From a virus, in the IMG/VR virus record IMGVR_UViG_3300037358_000003, positions 1-64,000 of that record: a stretch of 64,000 nucleotides of DNA, one strand, 5' to 3'. A program made the position numbers and the translations under genes. Below the pieces are notes generated by a model. That model searched no databases. It worked only from the letters and a program-made list of their open reading frames with translations, and was not told the origin of the DNA. Shown one piece after another: positions 1-9,537 of this stretch; the stretch's first letter is position 1; each line of letters starts with the position of its first letter.

Positions 1-1706
1 GCTGGCAGCGTGACCGAAGACGAATCAACAATCATTGTTTTGTTGCCGGTCATGTCATTGCCAGTAACGAAGACCGAACCGTATGTGCCAGCATTGAGTG
101 TCAGTGCGACGGTGTTGACGGAGGCTCCACCGATGGCGCCCATGTCGTTGCCCTGAATGACTGGCTGCGTATAACCACCAGAAACGGGTGAAACTATGAT
201 GCCGTTTGTCCATCCGCCAATCTGACAATTGGTAATGTCAAAGTCGGCAGCGGCGGTGACACTAGCGCCAGTGCTGCTGCCCTGTGCGCCAGATACGTTG
301 ATGATCCAGCAACCGACGAATTCGATACCACTATGAACTGATGATCCGCTTGTGGTAATGGCAATCGCCGCAGCATTCAACGATGCTGGAGATAGCGTAA
401 ACCAACAACCAACAAAGTGACAGCGAACGGCTGTGCCGGGTCCAGAAATCAGCAGAGAGTTCGTAACGCCTTGGTCAAAGAAACAATTGGTGGCGAAAAT
501 GGACGCCGTTACGTCGCCATTGGTCACGGTAAGGTTGAGGTTCACTAAACACTGAACGATCCCACAGTCCACCATGAGGACCGCACCGCCATTGGGACAG
601 GCGATGCCGTTGGCAGAGTGTCCAGTGCCGGGGAGACCAGCTGCGTTACCGATCATCTCTAGATCAGAAAAGTACGGACTGGCATTCAATCCATTGACGT
701 TGATCGCAGTTCCAGTCCAACCCTCAAAGAAACAGGCTCGCACCACCGCACCGTTACCGCCGTTGGTGGCGTCAGAGAATGTGATGCAACCGGCGAACGG
801 ATCGCCTCCACCAGCGGTGAAGATGCATCCCTCAATGAATGTGTTGATATTGGCGCCGCAGTCGATGACGTAGTTACCGGTCATGGTGACGAACGTCTGA
901 AACAACATATCGCGAATCGACGTATACGTTGACGCCGGGTCACTGCTGTAGAGCGTAATCAAATTGGTGCTGGTAATCGGCGTGTTGACCCAAATGAGTC
1001 CAGACGACCCGTGCACGCCCTGAATGGCGAAGTCCTTGGTAAATGCGGTTAATGCTGCACTCACGTACACGTTGCCCGGTGGGAAGTAGATACACGATCT
1101 GTCCGGAGCGTCAGCAAAAATAGCATTCAGCGCCGTAACATTGGCGGTTGCAGCCCCAGTCGTGGCGTTGTTCATGATGACGTTTGCGTATTGGTTGTTG
1201 CTAACGTCGATCCAGCCATTGGTCAGGGTGGATACAATTGAACCAATGGATGCCGCCGTCCACTGGCTCGTGACGCCATTGTAGACTAGAAATTCATCAT
1301 TAGTCGGGGTTGTGCTCGATACGGAGAACCCCTGGAGAGCCACTGCGTTCTGCTGTATTTGACCGACGCCATCGTACAGCGTCCAACCCGCCTGCGTGTA
1401 CTCCAATCGGCCACCAGCTGGAATGGTGCAGGTAGCGACGCGCGTAGTCGTGCCATTCGCAAACACGCTTGCGGATGTTGACGTGACCGCAGTATTGGTC
1501 AGCGTGACCATTGACACCAGAGCGTAGTTGCCACCGCCTGGAGAGTAGATCGTCGTGGCGCCCGTTCCGAGAACGACAGCGCCAGAAGACGGCACAAGGT
1601 TTTCGTAGGTTGAACCGTTCAGACGGCCCCACGCGGCCACATTGATTGCTGATCCAGCACTAGCAAATCCGACGAGAGAGTCTGTTCCGTTAAGAGGAAT
1701 CGTCAT
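1..1706 (-). CDS. Fibre/spike-like structural protein with probable right-handed beta-helix; 3' end runs off the window
   Basis: Not in the ORF track because it is truncated. ATG at 1706-1704 overlaps the upstream TGA. N-terminus MTIPLNGTDSLVGFASAGSAINVAAWGRLNGSTYENL is a paralog of 2380-3144, followed by a CIYFPPGNVYV pectate-lyase-like motif. Confidence 0.7.
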   Translation of the reverse strand, partial: MTIPLNGTDSLVGFASAGSAINVAAWGRLNGSTYENLVPSSGAVVLGTGATTIYSPGGGNYALVSMVTLTNTAVTSTSASVFANGTTTRVATCTIPAGGRLEYTQAGWTLYDGVGQIQQNAVALQGFSVSSTTPTNDEFLVYNGVTSQWTAASIGSIVSTLTNGWIDVSNNQYANVIMNNATTGAATANVTALNAIFADAPDRSCIYFPPGNVYVSAALTAFTKDFAIQGVHGSSGLIWVNTPITSTNLITLYSSDPASTYTSIRDMLFQTFVTMTGNYVIDCGANINTFIEGCIFTAGGGDPFAGCITFSDATNGGNGAVVRACFFEGWTGTAINVNGLNASPYFSDLEMIGNAAGLPGTGHSANGIACPNGGAVLMVDCGIVQCLVNLNLTVTNGDVTASIFATNCFFDQGVTNSLLISGPGTAVRCHFVGCWFTLSPASLNAAAIAITTSGSSVHSGIEFVGCWIINVSGAQGSSTGASVTAAADFDITNCQIGGWTNGIIVSPVSGGYTQPVIQGNDMGAIGGASVNTVALTLNAGTYGSVFVTGNDMTGNKTMIVDSSSVTLP

Positions 1707-2380
1707 CAGATCACCATCGCTATTGGATTACCCGTTGGCGTTACCCATGTGATAATGATTTGACCGGCAGATCCCGCTCCACCAGTGGTGGTGCCCGTAC
1801 CGCCGCCGCCACCGCCACCGGCGCCAGGAGAACCACCGGCAACACCACTGCTTCCGTTAGAGCTTCCACCACCCGAACCACCCGCGGCGCCACCAGGACT
1901 ACCCGTCCCAGCAGTACCACCTGCACCAGCAGTACTGCCCGTACCCGAACCGCCAGCACCACCAGCACCAGTTGATCCACCAGAACCACCACCACCACCA
2001 CCAGCGTTACCGGCACTGACAGCAGAACCACCAGTGCCACCACTTTGAGCACCCGATGACGGGGTACATGCCGCAGCGGTACCCGCGGTAACGCTATTGG
2101 CTGTAGCTGCTTGAGCTATGACATTGACAGCATCGCCAGGGAAAGTCGAGTTGGTTCCTGAGTTACCAGCACCAATGGTCGCAGTGTAGGAGCCAGATGC
2201 ACCTACGACAACGGCTACGTTCTGAGTGTACGCACCACCACCACCACCGATGCCACCAGTAGCAACACCGTTACCAGCCGCACCCGACGCTCCAGCACCC
2301 CATGCTTCGACTATCAGTGACGTGACGCCAGCGATGCGAGTCCATGTAGGGGCGGCAACAGTGAGTGTTTGACTGGGCAT
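1706..2380 (-). CDS. Glycine-rich virion/tail protein
   Basis: VEAWGAGASG...GGGGGAY and a long G/A/S/T tract ending GSAGQIIITW, typical of phage Gly-rich domains. Confidence 0.7.
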   Translation of the reverse strand: MPSQTLTVAAPTWTRIAGVTSLIVEAWGAGASGAAGNGVATGGIGGGGGAYTQNVAVVVGASGSYTATIGAGNSGTNSTFPGDAVNVIAQAATANSVTAGTAAACTPSSGAQSGGTGGSAVSAGNAGGGGGGSGGSTGAGGAGGSGTGSTAGAGGTAGTGSPGGAAGGSGGGSSNGSSGVAGGSPGAGGGGGGGTGTTTGGAGSAGQIIITWVTPTGNPIAMVI

Positions 2381-3144
2381 TACGCTGTCACCTGAAATAC
2401 AATCGTCACGGTCAGTCCAGCGGGTGTTGATGCTGGCGATGTAATGACAATCTGGAAAATATCGCGAGCGTTCACAGTCGGAGTGCCCGTCGCCGCAGTC
2501 GTGGTTGGTGTGGTGGTAACTGCAATCGCACTCAATCCCGTGACCGCTGAAAAACTGGGGGTACTAGCGAATGTGGCCTTGTTCACGGCGACCGTGCATG
2601 TGCCAGTAAGCATTGAACAGTTCGCTTCTTGAATTGTTAGCGTTTGACCTGCCGCAAGTGGTGGTGCGTAGAACCACGGGACTGGAGTGGTAGCAGATGC
2701 GACAATGGTGCCTTGTAGCGCGAACGTTTGGCTGATGTTGAACGGAAAGGAGCTTGCTGGCAGACCCTGAATGCCCTGTTGTCCCACTGTTTGCAAGTTG
2801 CCGTTGCCATCATAGAGATGCCAACCCTGTTGCGCATATTCGGCGCGACCACCAGGAACAATCGTAAACTGAGCGATGCGAGTGGTTGAACCGTTGGCGA
2901 ATACGCTAGCGGACGTGGTGGATGTGCTGACATTGGTCAGTGTGGCGTACGATACGACTGCATAATTCGTGCTGGTGGGTGAGTAGATCGTGCCGACTGA
3001 TGTGCCAAGCGTGACGGCACCGCCAGATGGTACGAGGTTTTCGTATGTGGCACCATTGAAGCGACCCCACACTGCGCACTCGATAGCGCCAGCAGCGGAT
3101 GCGTTGCCCTGAATGGAGTCAGTACCATTGAGCGGAATCGTCAT
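2380..3144 (-). CDS. Structural protein sharing its N-terminal module with 1-1706
   Basis: Start re-set to MTIPLNG (ATG 3144, TAATG coupling). Short collagen-like GQQGIQGLP linker. Confidence 0.7.
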   Translation of the reverse strand: MTIPLNGTDSIQGNASAAGAIECAVWGRFNGATYENLVPSGGAVTLGTSVGTIYSPTSTNYAVVSYATLTNVSTSTTSASVFANGSTTRIAQFTIVPGGRAEYAQQGWHLYDGNGNLQTVGQQGIQGLPASSFPFNISQTFALQGTIVASATTPVPWFYAPPLAAGQTLTIQEANCSMLTGTCTVAVNKATFASTPSFSAVTGLSAIAVTTTPTTTAATGTPTVNARDIFQIVITSPASTPAGLTVTIVFQVTA

Positions 3145-3389
3145 TAGCCCGCCAAAAAGAATGCGTAGTCTTCGGTAGCGCCTGGGGGCGTGGTCCACTC
3201 AAGTCCAGATGGATCAGCGCCTCCGACCGTGAGTACAGTATTGGCTGAACCTTGGGCGAGAAGTTCGCCAGTGCCAGAGCCTGTGCCGACGAAGATTTGT
3301 CCAGCAGCAGTGAACTGCTTTTCAATTTGCGCTGCTGTCAGTTTGTACGGAGCAGCACCGAACGGAGGGATTGGAATTTTGATCGCCCC
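3144..3389 (-). CDS. Small tail-fibre-like ORF with no canonical start (in frame after the TAG of 3390-5141)
   Basis: Translates GAIKIPIPPFGAAPYKLTAAQIEKQFTAAGQIFVGTGSGTGELLAQGSANTVLTVGGADPSGLEWTTPPGATEDYAFFLAG*; its TAA is coupled to the next ATG. Confidence 0.55.
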   Translation of the reverse strand, partial: GAIKIPIPPFGAAPYKLTAAQIEKQFTAAGQIFVGTGSGTGELLAQGSANTVLTVGGADPSGLEWTTPPGATEDYAFFLAG

Positions 3390-5141
3390 CTAGAGAACTG
3401 TCCAGCACACGCCGTCGCCGCCAGTGCTACCGATGATGTAAATTTCGTTTGCGTTAGCGCAGGTGAACGGGACCGCCTGACCAGGTTGCAATTGATATCC
3501 GGTTGATGTAGTAACGCCCGATGGTCCGACCTCAACGCTTGTCCCAGTATTACCGACGAGTGCCTGAACAAGTACGCCGTTGGTTACTGGTGTCGATGAG
3601 GCTGTGATTTGAACTGCGGCGCCACTTGTCCACGTGGTTTGTCCAGTGATCGGACCCGTTGTCGTTAATGTGCCGACATCCCATGTCCCGCTTTGTGAGA
3701 CGCCCTGCACTCCATACGGAATTGCAGTAACGCTACCGCTGACGACTTCGGACCATGCTCCAGCCTGTACAACAGACACGCTGCCCGACACGACTTGGTT
3801 GGCGGGAAAGTTCGATACTGAAGCTCCCCAGTTTCCCTGCTGGGCGGCATTGACCGTACCGGAAACAACCCACGGTGATGTGCCTTGTGTGACAGACGCT
3901 CCCCAGTTGCCAGACTGCGCCGCAGTGACAGACCATGGGGCGCCAGATTGACTAACGGATTGGACTGCTGGGAAGTTCTGTACAGAGACAGAGCCAGATA
4001 TGGTATCAATAGTGAAAGGGTTTAATACGCTAACGGAGCCTGCCACATTCTGCGTGGCCGGAAAGTTGCTAATCGAAGCGCCGTAGTTACCCTGTTGCTG
4101 TGCATTGACAGTTCCCGACACAACCCATGGACTTGTGCCCTGAGTCGTGACGACGGTTCCCTGGACTGATGCGCCCCACGGACTGCCAGACTGGCTGACG
4201 AGCCAGGGCGATGTCGCTTGCGTGACTGGCAACTGACCTTGAACAGATGCGGTCCATGCGCCTGATTGCGATACTGGCTGCACCGCAGGGAAGTCCGTGA
4301 CATTGACGGAACCAGTAACGCTGACAGAACCGCTGACGGTCTGGTTGCCAAATGGAATTGCGGTGACCGATCCGCTGACCGCCTGGACTGCGGGGAAGTT
4401 TTGAACGGAGACCGAACCAGAGATTGTGTCTATGGTGAATGGATTCAGAACCGACACAGACCCGGCCACAGTCTGTGTGACTGGGAAGTTGTTAACTCCG
4501 ACCTCGCCAACAACGGACACGCTGCCAGCAACGGACACGCTGCCAGCAACGACTTGTGTCGCAGGGAAATTCGATATGGACGCGCCATAGTTGCCGACTT
4601 GCTCGGCACCGACAGTCCATGGTCCACCCTGGAATGCGGTAACGCTGCCAGCAGTGAACGTGACCTGCTCGACATTGAGCACCGACACAGAGCCGCTGAC
4701 GGCCTGAGTGGCTGGAAAATTCTGGACGCTTACCGAACCACTGATTGTGTCGATCGTGAACGGATTGAGCACCGAGACAGAGCCGGATGTAACAGTATTC
4801 CACGTACCCTGTTGAATCGCACTGACTGAGCCTGAAATCGGCGTGGGCTGAGTGGTAAAGTTCGGATCGGTCGGCAGTACGTCGTAGATGATCTGGAGTT
4901 GGTCGGTGCTCGACAGACCGCTTGGCAACGACGTGAGGTTGATGACATTGCCGGGTCCAGACACTGTAGCTTGCGCCAATGTGGGAACTGCAAAGTTGTA
5001 AATGATCTCGTTGTTGGTAACGTCCGTAATGAGGTACAGACGTGACAGGTCAACAGATGCGGCAGCGTTGCCGTATGCAGATAGCGTGACAGTTTTGGCG
5101 CTAACGCTGAAGACGTATGGCTCAATGATCTGCTTGCTCAT
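3390..5141 (-). CDS. Repeat-rich (SGSVSV / NFPA) fibre-like structural protein
   Basis: Three copies of VLNPFTIDTISGSVSVQNFPA, plus many SGSVS and QGTSPWVVSGTVNA repeats. Confidence 0.75.
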   Translation of the reverse strand: MSKQIIEPYVFSVSAKTVTLSAYGNAAASVDLSRLYLITDVTNNEIIYNFAVPTLAQATVSGPGNVINLTSLPSGLSSTDQLQIIYDVLPTDPNFTTQPTPISGSVSAIQQGTWNTVTSGSVSVLNPFTIDTISGSVSVQNFPATQAVSGSVSVLNVEQVTFTAGSVTAFQGGPWTVGAEQVGNYGASISNFPATQVVAGSVSVAGSVSVVGEVGVNNFPVTQTVAGSVSVLNPFTIDTISGSVSVQNFPAVQAVSGSVTAIPFGNQTVSGSVSVTGSVNVTDFPAVQPVSQSGAWTASVQGQLPVTQATSPWLVSQSGSPWGASVQGTVVTTQGTSPWVVSGTVNAQQQGNYGASISNFPATQNVAGSVSVLNPFTIDTISGSVSVQNFPAVQSVSQSGAPWSVTAAQSGNWGASVTQGTSPWVVSGTVNAAQQGNWGASVSNFPANQVVSGSVSVVQAGAWSEVVSGSVTAIPYGVQGVSQSGTWDVGTLTTTGPITGQTTWTSGAAVQITASSTPVTNGVLVQALVGNTGTSVEVGPSGVTTSTGYQLQPGQAVPFTCANANEIYIIGSTGGDGVCWTVL

Positions 5142-5608
5142 AGTGCCGTCGCCATAGCTATAACAAATCCTTCTGAGACACCTTCGATGTCAACGATTGG
5201 TCCAGTGGGATTTGTGACGGTGATTGAACCATCGGGCGATGCAATCTGCAATATGGTCGTGCCAGAGGGAAACAACTTGAAGCCGCTGCCGTCTTCATAG
5301 TTCAGCGAACCATTGTTGGGGATCGCAGTTGGCGGAACGATGGGGACGTTGTTGATGTAGAGTTCAATCGTCTGCACCGAACCGCTGGTGTTCGGGAAGT
5401 ACGCGCTGGAGATGAGTGCGGAGACGGATGCGGCGTTCGTATAGATGGTGCCGATACTCGTTGGCACGTAGCCCTGTGCTGGAGTGTCATACGATTGTGC
5501 TACGGGCGGCGTGGCCGTGTTCATCACAAGGCCAGTGACGGTGTAGAAAACCACGCTGGCGGATGCCGTCTGTCCCTGGAGCGATTGGTTCGGACCGAGT
5601 GCGATCAT
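5138..5608 (-). CDS. Structural protein; distant paralog of the MTIPLNG module
   Basis: QGYVPTSIGTIYT resembles TLGTSVGTIYS; C-terminal FVIAMATAL tag. Confidence 0.6.
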   Translation of the reverse strand: MIALGPNQSLQGQTASASVVFYTVTGLVMNTATPPVAQSYDTPAQGYVPTSIGTIYTNAASVSALISSAYFPNTSGSVQTIELYINNVPIVPPTAIPNNGSLNYEDGSGFKLFPSGTTILQIASPDGSITVTNPTGPIVDIEGVSEGFVIAMATAL

Positions 5609-5979
5609 CCGGCTTGCACCGTGTAGTGACCTACGTCAAAAAATGCGCTAGCACCAGCGGCAACCGGACCAACTACAGCAATACCCGGCGTGCCGATCTG
5701 AAAGTTTCCACCAGACAACGAATCCCAGAATCCGGCATATAGGTCACCGCCGACAGCCGGGAGGCCAGTGAACGTCTGCGTATTCGTGGAACTCTGGACG
5801 TAACTACTTGCGCCGCCAAACGTTATTGGCTGACGTGCATACGGTCCAGTTCCACCGGATATCTCATTAGCGCCATTGTCGCCAGGTGCGGCGAAGTGGA
5901 GTGACATGAAATATGTCGTGGTCGGTGTTGCACCACCGTCTAGTGCGTTATCCGCGTAGACCGAACTCAGGTCGGGCAT
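5605..5979 (-). CDS. Small virion protein (paralog of 62421-62801)
   Basis: YFMSLHFAAPGDNGANEISGG..YARQPITF motif of phage minor tail proteins. Confidence 0.65.
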   Translation of the reverse strand: MPDLSSVYADNALDGGATPTTTYFMSLHFAAPGDNGANEISGGTGPYARQPITFGGASSYVQSSTNTQTFTGLPAVGGDLYAGFWDSLSGGNFQIGTPGIAVVGPVAAGASAFFDVGHYTVQAG

Positions 5980-8699
5980 TACGAATCATCTCTAGCAATC
6001 GAAATCGTGCCGTCATCGTTACGACTTACGACGCTCTTTTGCGGCTGCGTGTGGACGTGGATGTCTGGTGTGTCCTGCTTCGGCACCTTGACATTGACGA
6101 TTGGCTGCTCAACGTGGATCTCAGGGTTTACCGTGACTTGCGGCGGGTCTGATTTCTCCACGGTGATCGAATGCGTACTCGTCGCATCAATCGGGGCGTC
6201 CACTTGGATGTGATGGACCGGATTGGTCGTCGCATCTATGTTGTGAGTTTGCGAGGCGTCAATGTGATGCGTGCTCGTAGCGTCAACGTCCACCTTTGGC
6301 TGGAATTCTGCGTGGAGATGAATGTCTGGGATGATCGGCTTTGGCTGCTCGTTGTGGATCGTGATCTGCGGGGCGTTGTCATTCTTGCCCTTGGTCAGAT
6401 CACGGACGGAATCGAGCAGGCCATACGTGAGCCGCAAACGTTCCAGGTCGTCCCGTAGGTTATCGCTAACCATCTTGGCGGCAATGAGTGCGGTAGGTGG
6501 TTCGGGGGGCGTGTAGGCGACTACAGCGGTGTCTGGTGCCAGTTTAGCGACAGGCTCTAGCGTGACTTCGGTAGGGACCGGAGCATCGTCTTTAACCACG
6601 TCAGGATTCGGTGCAGCATAGGGTGCCTCACGAACGTCAGCAATGACGGATTTGACAAACTCAAAGTCGCCGGTACGGAGCGAGTCGTTTAGCAGGTCAG
6701 CCCGTACTGCGCTTTGATGGCTGAACTGAAACTCTCTGGGCGATGCCTGCCCCATATGGGATCTGGCGTACTTTTGGAACGCTGCGAGTTCCTTCTCGGC
6801 GTCGGTGTCCGGCTGGCGTGCGTCGTCCTTGGGCGTGACATCGGGCTTTGAGTCGGGGGCGACAGATGCGCTGGATGATTTTGGCGCAACGCTTGCACTA
6901 GTTGATCCGACACTTGCAGACGTTCCCACACTTGCGCTAGTCGCGTGCGGCTGCGTTCCGTCAGGGTTGACGGCTTGGCCTGTGGTGGGATCGGTGTGGG
7001 TTCCATCGGGGTTTGCGACGACGACCTTTGGTGTGGGTGGTTGGGCGGCAAGTTGCTGTTGAGTCTGTTGCGCTTCAAGACCGCCAGTCAGGTACGATAC
7101 GCCAGTGGCGGTCGTGACGCCCAACTGATCTGCCTCTGGGGTCGGGTCAAGAGGCACCCCACGCTCAGCGCGAATCTCATTGCGACTGCGAATGCCAGCG
7201 TTCACGTCGATCTGATCGGCCTGTGCGCGAGTCAGGTCATCGTCATCGTTTCCACCGCCAGTGGCCGTCATTGTCAACTCGGGACCAACGCCCATGAATC
7301 GACGCGTGAGGTCGTTGATGCAGTCAATGATGTGTTGCTTTAGTGCGTCAGTGGCAAACTGCTCCGACTGGTCGCCCTGTTGCTTGCCCTGTGCTCCCCC
7401 GCCAATAGACGAGTGCATCTGAATACCAAGCAACGATTGCGGAACGCCAAACTTCGCGCCAATTTGTAAAACGAGCATATCATCGTACGCCCCTTGATAA
7501 CTGTGCTCCAGCATGTCCATCTGATGTGCGGTCATGCCTGGGCGCAGTAAGAGCGCTTGCTGACGACGCTGGATCTGACCGGACAACTGATCGTTCAAAA
7601 TCTGGCTGTAGTAGCCGACTTGCTCGGGTGTCCAGCTGTCAGTCTCTGCCATCTCAATGATGAGTTGCGGCAAGATGCCATGCGAGTATTCAGCGTGCAA
7701 CCATGCTTGACGCGCTTGATAGATGGTCGCAATGTTGATGCACTCTTCAACGGGAGAGAATCCGTAGACAGTGTGCGGGCGTGGCCTGCGCAAATAGTAT
7801 GCCAGTTGGTCGCGAACGAATTCACTGGGAACGTTACCGTCGTAGTCAACGTCTTCAGCTTGAAATTCTCCACGAGGAAACCCGTACAGAATCTGCTGAT
7901 ACGCGGGCGCGGGCGGACGCGGCGGAAACCCTTGATTGTCAAGTAGAATCTTAATGGTGGGCGTGTCGATTTGCGACAGCGACAACAACTCTCCGCCGAG
8001 TGAAAATTCGGGAGCTACGGCCACACCATCGTACGTTAATGTTGACCATATAAACTGCGTCAGCCAGGGCGCGAATGGTTGGTTGGATCGCTTGTCCGGG
8101 TACTCCCAGAATTGCTGAACGCGGTTTAGCTCGTCACCATACTTCTCACGCGCGAAGGCGTTCGCCTTTGCAGTGTTCGTCAGATTCTGCTCTTGCATGA
8201 TTTGCTGCAAGATTTGCTGAGAGAATCCCCACGACCAATCCAGACCAGAGAGGGAATCTTGAATTAGCTCGATACACCTCGACACGACATCGCACTCAGA
8301 TGCCAGGCGTGATAGCACATACCAAGGAGTGTTGCGAGATAGGAGATTGACATTTTCGGTAACGCGGTACTGTGATCGCCGTGGCTGCGCTCTACCCTGA
8401 TCGTTAAGCGCGTCCAGTGGAGATGGTATTAATGGGTAGCCCGGTCCAAAGAGGGACGCAAACGTATCATCGGGACGCGGGAGCGGTGCATACGAGTCGC
8501 CAAATCCACCCTGTTGTGTAAACGGATTGGATGGATTGGCGAGCGGATACGTGGCACCAGAACTGGCGACAGTCTGAACTCCGGTCTGAGCAGCCATAGC
8601 GACCGCTGGAGAAATGGCCTTCTCTATGGCGTTGCCAATAGTCGTGGCGAGTTCAGTCTGGCGACGTTCCTTCCGTGTCGTGAGAATCGGTACTCGCAT
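5979..8699 (-). CDS. Portal protein with a ~350-aa low-complexity C-terminal extension
   Basis: Portal motifs VVSRCIE, YGFSPVEE, FGVPQSLLGI and SRNEIRAERG; lies downstream of terminase. Start set at MRVPIL. Confidence 0.9.
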   Translation of the reverse strand: MRVPILTTRKERRQTELATTIGNAIEKAISPAVAMAAQTGVQTVASSGATYPLANPSNPFTQQGGFGDSYAPLPRPDDTFASLFGPGYPLIPSPLDALNDQGRAQPRRSQYRVTENVNLLSRNTPWYVLSRLASECDVVSRCIELIQDSLSGLDWSWGFSQQILQQIMQEQNLTNTAKANAFAREKYGDELNRVQQFWEYPDKRSNQPFAPWLTQFIWSTLTYDGVAVAPEFSLGGELLSLSQIDTPTIKILLDNQGFPPRPPAPAYQQILYGFPRGEFQAEDVDYDGNVPSEFVRDQLAYYLRRPRPHTVYGFSPVEECINIATIYQARQAWLHAEYSHGILPQLIIEMAETDSWTPEQVGYYSQILNDQLSGQIQRRQQALLLRPGMTAHQMDMLEHSYQGAYDDMLVLQIGAKFGVPQSLLGIQMHSSIGGGAQGKQQGDQSEQFATDALKQHIIDCINDLTRRFMGVGPELTMTATGGGNDDDDLTRAQADQIDVNAGIRSRNEIRAERGVPLDPTPEADQLGVTTATGVSYLTGGLEAQQTQQQLAAQPPTPKVVVANPDGTHTDPTTGQAVNPDGTQPHATSASVGTSASVGSTSASVAPKSSSASVAPDSKPDVTPKDDARQPDTDAEKELAAFQKYARSHMGQASPREFQFSHQSAVRADLLNDSLRTGDFEFVKSVIADVREAPYAAPNPDVVKDDAPVPTEVTLEPVAKLAPDTAVVAYTPPEPPTALIAAKMVSDNLRDDLERLRLTYGLLDSVRDLTKGKNDNAPQITIHNEQPKPIIPDIHLHAEFQPKVDVDATSTHHIDASQTHNIDATTNPVHHIQVDAPIDATSTHSITVEKSDPPQVTVNPEIHVEQPIVNVKVPKQDTPDIHVHTQPQKSVVSRNDDGTISIARDDS

Positions 8700-9450
8700 T
8701 AGCTCTCCGTCGTTCCCACCTAGCACTCGCACCAGCACTACGGCGGGAGCGTTCTTCTTCCGTCATATCTTCTCTACGTCGCCTCTTTTGGGGTTCGCGT
8801 AACCCGAGTTCGACTAGACGTAAGTGTTCCAGAGCGCCCTTGCGCTGATTCTCAATCCACTCTGGCGTTCTTGGGATGCCCTTATGGGCTGCGCTCATGT
8901 TTGCTTTAGCTTCATCTGTATGTTTGTAGCCCAGCGTACGTTGATTGCCTTTATGCGCCGCACTCTGTTTGGCACGAGTCTCCGCAGTGGCCTTCTTGCC
9001 GGTGTTGCTCGGATTGCCCATGTGTCCGAGACTCATGCGAGCACGTTGTTCATCTGTGAATGTACGACCCTTGCGCTGTTCGCTCAGCAACGCTTTGGTT
9101 TCTTCCGTATGCTTGAATCCAAGATTGCTACCAGCAACCGGCGCAATGTTGAAATCGTAAGTGATGTCTATGTGGAGTTCATCGAACCACCACTGTTCGG
9201 CAGCAGCCAGCACTTCCGCAGCCGCCTTGCGATCTGATGGTGTCTGCGTGCGCTCCATGACCGTAAACGTAAATGCATCTTCGCCGTATTCATTCCAAGC
9301 TTCTTGAAGGCGCTTGTTGCGGTGACGATTATTGCGCAGATCGCTCCTGTGATTACCGAAACGATTTTTGATGTTAGCGCTGCTACCCGCGTACCGTCGA
9401 TCGTCTCGATCGTTGGTAATAAGATATACGCCGCCTAGAAATTGTTCCAT
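8653..9450 (-). CDS. GIY-YIG homing endonuclease with NUMOD3 repeats
   Basis: GVYLITN..RYAGSS..RFGNH, LQEAWNEYG, and repeated HTEETKA/HTDEAKA motifs; GGAGGG RBS. Confidence 0.9.
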   Translation of the reverse strand: MEQFLGGVYLITNDRDDRRYAGSSANIKNRFGNHRSDLRNNRHRNKRLQEAWNEYGEDAFTFTVMERTQTPSDRKAAAEVLAAAEQWWFDELHIDITYDFNIAPVAGSNLGFKHTEETKALLSEQRKGRTFTDEQRARMSLGHMGNPSNTGKKATAETRAKQSAAHKGNQRTLGYKHTDEAKANMSAAHKGIPRTPEWIENQRKGALEHLRLVELGLREPQKRRRREDMTEEERSRRSAGASARWERRRANASTDSHDTEGTSPD

Positions 9451-9537
9451 GTGCCCTCCCGATAAAAAGGGGTTTATATTTAGTTGATCGGCCAACGCCG
9501 CAAGTGTTATCGGGCACTCACGACGTGGCCGAAATCT

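Noticed and set aside
1-5608. Diversity-generating retroelement or shufflon acting on the fibre paralogs
   Set aside because: No reverse transcriptase or adenine-specific template/variable pair, and all modules are co-oriented with no inverted crossover sites seen.
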